From Octopus vulgaris (lineage: Eukaryota), in assembly GCA_951406725.2 (NCBI GenBank), contig OX597818.1:24366001-24430000 (forward strand): 64,000 bases of DNA. Direction: 5' to 3'. Under the pieces are notes generated by a model. That model was not told the origin of the DNA, made no database searches, and saw only the letters and a program-made list of their open reading frames with translations. The translations under genes and the position numbers were made by a program. Shown here in pieces: positions 57,703 through 64,000 of this stretch. The number at the start of each line of letters is the position of its first letter. The stretch's first letter is position 1.

Positions 57703-58704
57703 TCTATATATATAAAACTGTAGTTGTGTGAGTGTCTGTCCCCTTTGATTTAGATTCCTAACTACTCCCACATTTTGCGGTGCAGTTTAACCAAATTCGG
57801 GTATCTTATAGTCGTGATTCATATCGAGCCCGTCTGAGTATTAGCGTGCGTCTATGATGAGTCTACGATTTTAAAAATAATTTATCATAATTTTTTATTC
57901 CATTTTAATGCATATTTTTTCGTGTGTCGATGGCGGCGGAGTTGGCGTCCACGCTCAAACCTGCACCTGTGTTGCTTTTCCCCCTTCTTCCCTCCCTCGT
58001 GAAGCTGTGGGGAAGGGAGTGTAAGGAAATCAACGCCGTAATGCGTTGTCAAGGAGACCAGCGTTCTTTTAGAACGACTTCATGGCTTGAAGTCACCAAA
58101 ACAGAAATCGCTAAAAAAGCTGAAACAGATCCACAAAAACGGCAATTACCGCCACACAGGGCAGGTTTCCTGTGCAAACAATTTGCACAACCGAATGTTT
58201 TAGTTGTTGCACAAATCTTTATATATAAAAGTAAGGTTGTGTGTCTGTCTCCTACGATTTAGATTCCTAACTACTCCCACATTTTGCGGTGCAGTGTAAC
58301 CAAAACTGGATATCTTATAGTCGTGATTCATATCGAACCCTTCTGGGTATTAGCGCGCGTCTACAATGAGTCTACGATTTAAAAAAAAATTTACCATAAT
58401 TTTTTATTCCATTTTAATGCATTTTTCGCTATTATATAAGGGAAGTAACTCTCTAAAAATGTCTACGATGAGTCAACGATAAAAAAAAAAAATACCATAA
58501 TTTTTTATTCCATTTTAATGCATTTTTCACTATTATATAAGGGAAGTAACTCTCTAAAAATGTCTACGATGAGTCAACGATTTAAAAAAAAATTACCATC
58601 ATTTTTTATTCCATTTTTAATGCATTTTTTTGCTATAACTCACTAAAAATGCTTATATAGTTATTTCCCTTACAAACCCGAGCAACGCTGGGCGATACTG
58701 CTAG
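57703..58704 (+). mobile_element. Complete non-autonomous Helitron with an internal second 5' end (~58214) and ~100-bp internal tandem repeats
   Basis: A|TCTATATATATAAAA start, cccgagcaacgctggg hairpin at 58677-58692, CTAG|T end. Confidence 0.88.
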
Positions 58705-58860
58705 TATGTATATAAATTAGAGATGAACCACCATGTAGCAATTCAACAATGATATAATTAAATCATACCATATAAAAAAAAATTAAATATACATTAAAAC
58801 ATATACCTATAATTAAGTAAAGTACAAAATAATAAATATATAGTATATAATTGGTAAAAA

Positions 58861-58941
58861 GACTACACGTGTTTCGTGGGTATATTTTCAAACTGATAAC
58901 AGTAAAATCAATTCAATTTAAATATAGTCACCCCTCAGGTC
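58861..58941 (-). ncRNA. Hammerhead-like motif with extended stem II and core A9>G
   Basis: gac-CTGAGGG-gtg..tatattt[loop]aaatata..cac-GAAA-cacgtg-TA-gtc; palindromic stem III acacgtgt. Confidence 0.6.
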
Positions 58942-59298
58942 CATGATAAAAACAACAAAATAATTAAATAAATAAATATACGTATATTATCTTGTAAGAA
59001 AATATAAATATATATAAAAATACGTAATTTTTCAATAAAAATCAAAGAAAATTCAATAATATATCTTAAAATAAAAACACGAAATATCTTAACAAATATA
59101 TTCTATTAACTAAATCTTTAAACTTAATACATAGGATTATTGTTTATAAAATTTCTTGTTAAAAACGTGGTATAAATAAAACTAGAATAAATAGATATAA
59201 ATATTTATTTTATCTATGAAAATAAATTTTAGCTTATAGAAGAAAAAATAACAAACTATAATATATCTTTACTAGAAAATTCAAAAACAAATAATTAA

Positions 59299-59338
<40 letters not shown>

Positions 59339-60406
59339 TCTTTTACTTGTTTCAGTCATTTGACTGCGACCATGCTGGAGCACCGCCTTTAGTCAAGCAA
59401 ATCAACCCCGGGACTTATTCTTTGTAAGCCCAGTACTTATTCTATTGGTTTCTTTTGCCGAACCGCTAAGTGACGGGGACTTAAACACACCAGCATCAGT
59501 TGTCAAGCAATGCTAGGGGGACAAACACAGACACACAAACACACACACACATATATATATATATACACATATATACGACAGGCTTCTTTCAGTTTCTGTC
59601 TACCAAATCCACTCACAAGGCATTGGTCGGCCCGGGGCTATAGCAGAAGACACTTGCCCAAGATGCCATGCAGTGGAACTGAACCTGGAACCATGTGGTT
59701 GGTTAGCAAGCTACTTACCACTCAGCCACTCCTGCGCTGTGTATCATCATCATCGTTTAACGTTCGTTCTCCATGCTAGCATGGGTTGGACGGTTCGACT
59801 GGGGATCTGGGAAGCCAGGAGGCTACACCAGGCTCCGGTCTTATCTGGTAATGTTTCTACAGATGGATGCCCTTCCTAACGCCAACCACTCCGTGAGTGT
59901 AGTGGGTGCTTTTTATGTGCCACCTACATATAATATATGTGTATGTATACATATAATATATGTATTATATATATATATATATATATAATACATAATATAC
60001 ATTAAGTGAAGCTAAAATACTATAATTTAATCTATATACATTAATTTATTTATTTATTTAATAAACATCTAAGTTAAATCTTATTCTAATTAAATAGTAT
60101 ATACTAAAAAAACTTCATGCTAACTTATATACATAATACTATTACAAACTATGACTACAAGAATTGAAAATAGAAAAATGGTTCAAATATATACACACAA
60201 ATTAGTTAAACCTACAATATAATTAATTTATATTTAGATTTAATATTACACTCACTTATAAAATTAACCAAAGTATCAATTAATATTAAAAGTATTGACT
60301 TTAATGCAATACTATATAAGAAATAAAATTCCTACCTATTAGATAAGATTTTGTCTTACAAAACTATTTCTCAATGTAAATTATATGTAATTCGTTAATT
60401 CACAAG

Positions 60407-60407
<1 letters not shown>

Positions 60408-60461
<54 letters not shown>
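60408..60461. repeat. (AAT)n microsatellite
   Basis: Seen directly in the sequence. Confidence 0.97.
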
Positions 60462-61330
60462 GTAAATAAATATACATATCGTAACTTATAATTATCAAAT
60501 AACAATATAGAAATCAATATTTTTACAATAATAATCAAACAAAATTCAATTCAAAAATTCAATAATATTGTTATATAAATACGTTACTTATCTTATCGAA
60601 GAACATTTTTTAACTGAATTTTAAATGTAAAAACGTAGGCTTTAACATTTATAAGAAATTTAACTCATGAAGACATTGTGTATAAAAATAGAATAAATTT
60701 ATTAATGAAAATGACGAAATATATTTAAGCTTCTAGAATCAAAGAATAAGAGAACAACAAAACAATAAATGACTATTTACTAGAAAATTTAAAGTCCAAA
60801 TAATAATTATGTAAAATATACATATATTTAAATTAATTTATATTACTATAAGTAATAGACCTTAATAAATTTCTATATTCACTTAATTATTAAGAAATAT
60901 CCAAGTTTAAACGTATTCAAATATAGTAATATAACATATAATATCATGCTAATTAATACACTAATACAACTTAAATTATATCTACAATAAATAAGTAACA
61001 TAAAATAGGGTTTTATATATACGGAAAATTAGCTAAACTTATATAATAAATTAATTTATGTTTGCATTTAATTTTATGCTCATCTAGAAAATTAACCAAT
61101 ACTAATTTTTATTAAATAATATTTCTTTAAATTCATTATTACATAATAAACAAGAATTACTACCTATAGGATAATTTTGCCTTACAAATTATCTTCCAAG
61201 TTAATTTATATTTAATGCATTTAAATTTAAGTTCCCAAATATATTTACTGAGGCCTGTTGAATTAATTAGATTTCTATTCCTAAAAGAATACATGTGTTG
61301 AGATACAAATATACACACATATACAGCTAG

Positions 61331-61385
<55 letters not shown>

Positions 61386-61770
61386 TATACATTCATTTTC
61401 TTTATTCTTTTTCTTGTCTCCCCATCCAACCCATGCTAGCATGGAAAACGGACATTAAACGATGATGATGATGATGATGATGTTGTTTCAGTCATTTGAC
61501 TGCAACAATGCTGGAGCACCGCCTTTAGTTGAGCAAATCAACCCCAGGACTTATTCTTTGTAAGCCTAGTACTTATTCTATCGGGCTCTTTTGCCGAACC
61601 GCTAAATTGCAGGAACATAAACACACCAGCATTGGGTAACAGGCGATTGTGGGGAGGACAAACATGGACACACAAACACACACACACATACATATATATA
61701 TAACGGGCTTCTTTCAGTTTCCATCTACCAAATCCACTCACAAGGCTTTGGTCAGCCCAAGGCACATACT

Positions 61771-61806
<36 letters not shown>

Positions 61807-61925
61807 CATATAAACATACGCATATATGTACATACATATATATACATATCAACATATGCATATATGTACATACATACATACATATATATTTATATATATG
61901 TATATACACATATATATGCATATAG

Positions 61926-61978
<53 letters not shown>

Positions 61979-62240
61979 AAATTAAATAAGGGTAGAAATT
62001 GATATTAATCAATTAAAACCAGTGGCTTAGCATATTTAAAAAAATCAGAAGATTAAAAATTGTTTTACATACAAAATTGAGAGGACTGACCACTAAAAGT
62101 GGACAGCCTATATGCTAGACATAGACGTCAAATTGCCATTTACCATGAAGAATGTGTTCTCAAGAAAAATCTCAGCAAAAAAAAACAAAGTGTAAAAATA
62201 AGTAAGACAAATGAAAATATACAAAATAAAAAACGATTAC

Positions 62241-62315
62241 CTATGTACCAATTGGTTTCACTTGTTAATATTTACGTATATGGACACACAAACACCTGCA
62301 AGATCATCAGCATAG
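62241..62315 (-). ncRNA. Type-I hammerhead ribozyme with intact core; predicted cleavage after GUA (between 62246 and 62245)
   Basis: ctatg-CTGATGA-t-cttg[loop]caag-t-GAAA-ccaattgg-TA-catag: 5-bp stem I, palindromic stem III accaattggt. Confidence 0.78.
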
Positions 62316-62775
62316 TCTGTCGTTTACAAAACACAATTTCCAGAACTAGATACAGAATGCTCAACCGAAATCGAGCATGTATAAAGTTCTACAAATTATA
62401 TTTATGTGTATTTTTCAAATGCCTTCACTTTGGCATGCTGAGATCGGAAATTACTCTGTAGTTAATAAATTACAGCAGTCAATTTACCGGTTAGAGAACA
62501 TTTTTTTATTTAGAATTAAATAAGGGTAGAAATTGGTATTAATCAAAGCCCGGTACTGCCTGGGATTAAGTTAGGATTATTAAGCTAATCAAGCACTTTG
62601 TTTCAGACCAAACTAAGTAACACTGACGTCAAATTTGAGCGAAATTCATTGAAATTGGTAAATATTTGGCTGAAAATGGGTTGCAAACATAAGGAATCGG
62701 TTTATTGATTTTTTCACTCATTGAATGTTTTTTTTTTTTGTGGAGAACTTAAAGAATTCAAAGATCCCATGAGTC

Positions 62776-63065
62776 CTAAGTAATGCTGCCAAGTTTGAAG
62801 ACTTTCCCTATTTCATATAGTTTGTTCTCAAGGAAACCCATCACCAGGTTGGCATATGAAGGTCCGAATTTTGTACCCATAGCCATGAGTTCCCTGTATT
62901 TTTCTATCCATTGTTTTATCGCTTCCAGACCCAAGGTGTGTGGTATGTTCATGTATAAGTTTGTGACATCGAAGCTTGCAAGTATAGTGTTTTCCGGAAC
63001 CGTATTTGGAATGTGTGTGAGGCAGTCTATGTCATCCCTTATGTAGCTTGGTATCAGTGGGCATA
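62776..63065 (-). mobile_element. Penelope-like RT fragment, internally deleted
   Basis: [22 protein letters not shown] and [16 protein letters not shown]. Confidence 0.85.
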
Positions 63066-63156
63066 AAGGTTTTGTATTAAACACACACATACAGAGTACT
63101 ATACATATGTACATATACATAAATAGAAACAATCTTACATTCGGATTTTCCAACAC

Positions 63157-63195
<39 letters not shown>

Positions 63196-63206
63196 CATAT
63201 ACACAC

Positions 63207-63241
<35 letters not shown>

Positions 63242-63256
63242 TATATATACACACAC

Positions 63257-63340
<84 letters not shown>

Positions 63341-64000
63341 AAGATATATAAACATACATTGAGTAGAAATGGTTTCACAACTACTAAATTCTTGCAGCTG
63401 TCACAATTGAATGATACATAAGAAATCAAACTGTAGGTGAATATATTCTAAGAAAAAGAAAATGGATTGAAGTTTTAAAGAATGACTATTCTCAGAAAGA
63501 ACTTCAGCATAGTGAAAAGTTTAAGATGAGAAATAAAGTGTATTTAGCAATAAAAAGTGATATGTGCAAATGTTGGAAAAGTTCAAGTGAATGTAGCTGG
63601 TAAGTTAAAAAGAAAAAAGTCCATTTTTGAAATGGTAAAACCTGGAAGAGTATACATCATGAATCTGGAATTTGAAAATTTTCAATATATCATCAACTGA
63701 ATGGCTTTCTTTTGAATATAAAGTCTATAAAAATAGTGATCAAAGATGTGTCATGTCACATATAAGAGCAATACTGCACAGAGGGGTACATATGAACCTT
63801 GAATAGGATTGGCAGATTTCTTGGTTCTAGATAAAAGGCAATTATCCTTAATGCAGTTTTAGAAATGTTAAGAATTTCAAGCATCTGTGAGTCAGGGCAT
63901 GTTTAATACAGAATATACTATAAGCTGGGGATTATTCACGAGAATTCAAGAAGTGTTGTAATTGTTCTTTTCAAAATGCTTGCATCTTATTGTTGCTAAA

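Overview
Eukaryotic, AT-rich, repeat-saturated genomic DNA. The repeat landscape (RTE LINEs with (ATG)n tails, tRNA-derived SINEs, Penelope-like elements, mariners, Helitrons, (TA)n/(CA)n microsatellites) and the gene content point to a coleoid cephalopod, most likely Octopus (inference). I can support two host genes. (1) A neuropeptide precursor on + with a single coding exon (4547-4885), encoding an NKY-2-type WIWMPxxGYVxVP...LRYamide. (2) Two internal minus-strand exons (43905-44011 and 22220-22282) that splice in frame into a selenoprotein S (SELENOS/VIMP)-like coiled coil. I found no further SelS exons, so the NKY gene probably sits antisense inside a large SelS intron. The right part of the window (49.7-62.3 kb) holds five minimal type-I hammerhead ribozyme motifs from four different sequence families, likely Penelope-derived. 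Two of them lie in the near-perfect ~575-bp inverted arms of a young GIY-YIG Penelope insertion, and four are in the sense orientation of the putative SelS pre-mRNA. Most ORFs in the supplied track are microsatellite or TE artefacts. Boundaries of decayed elements are approximate.
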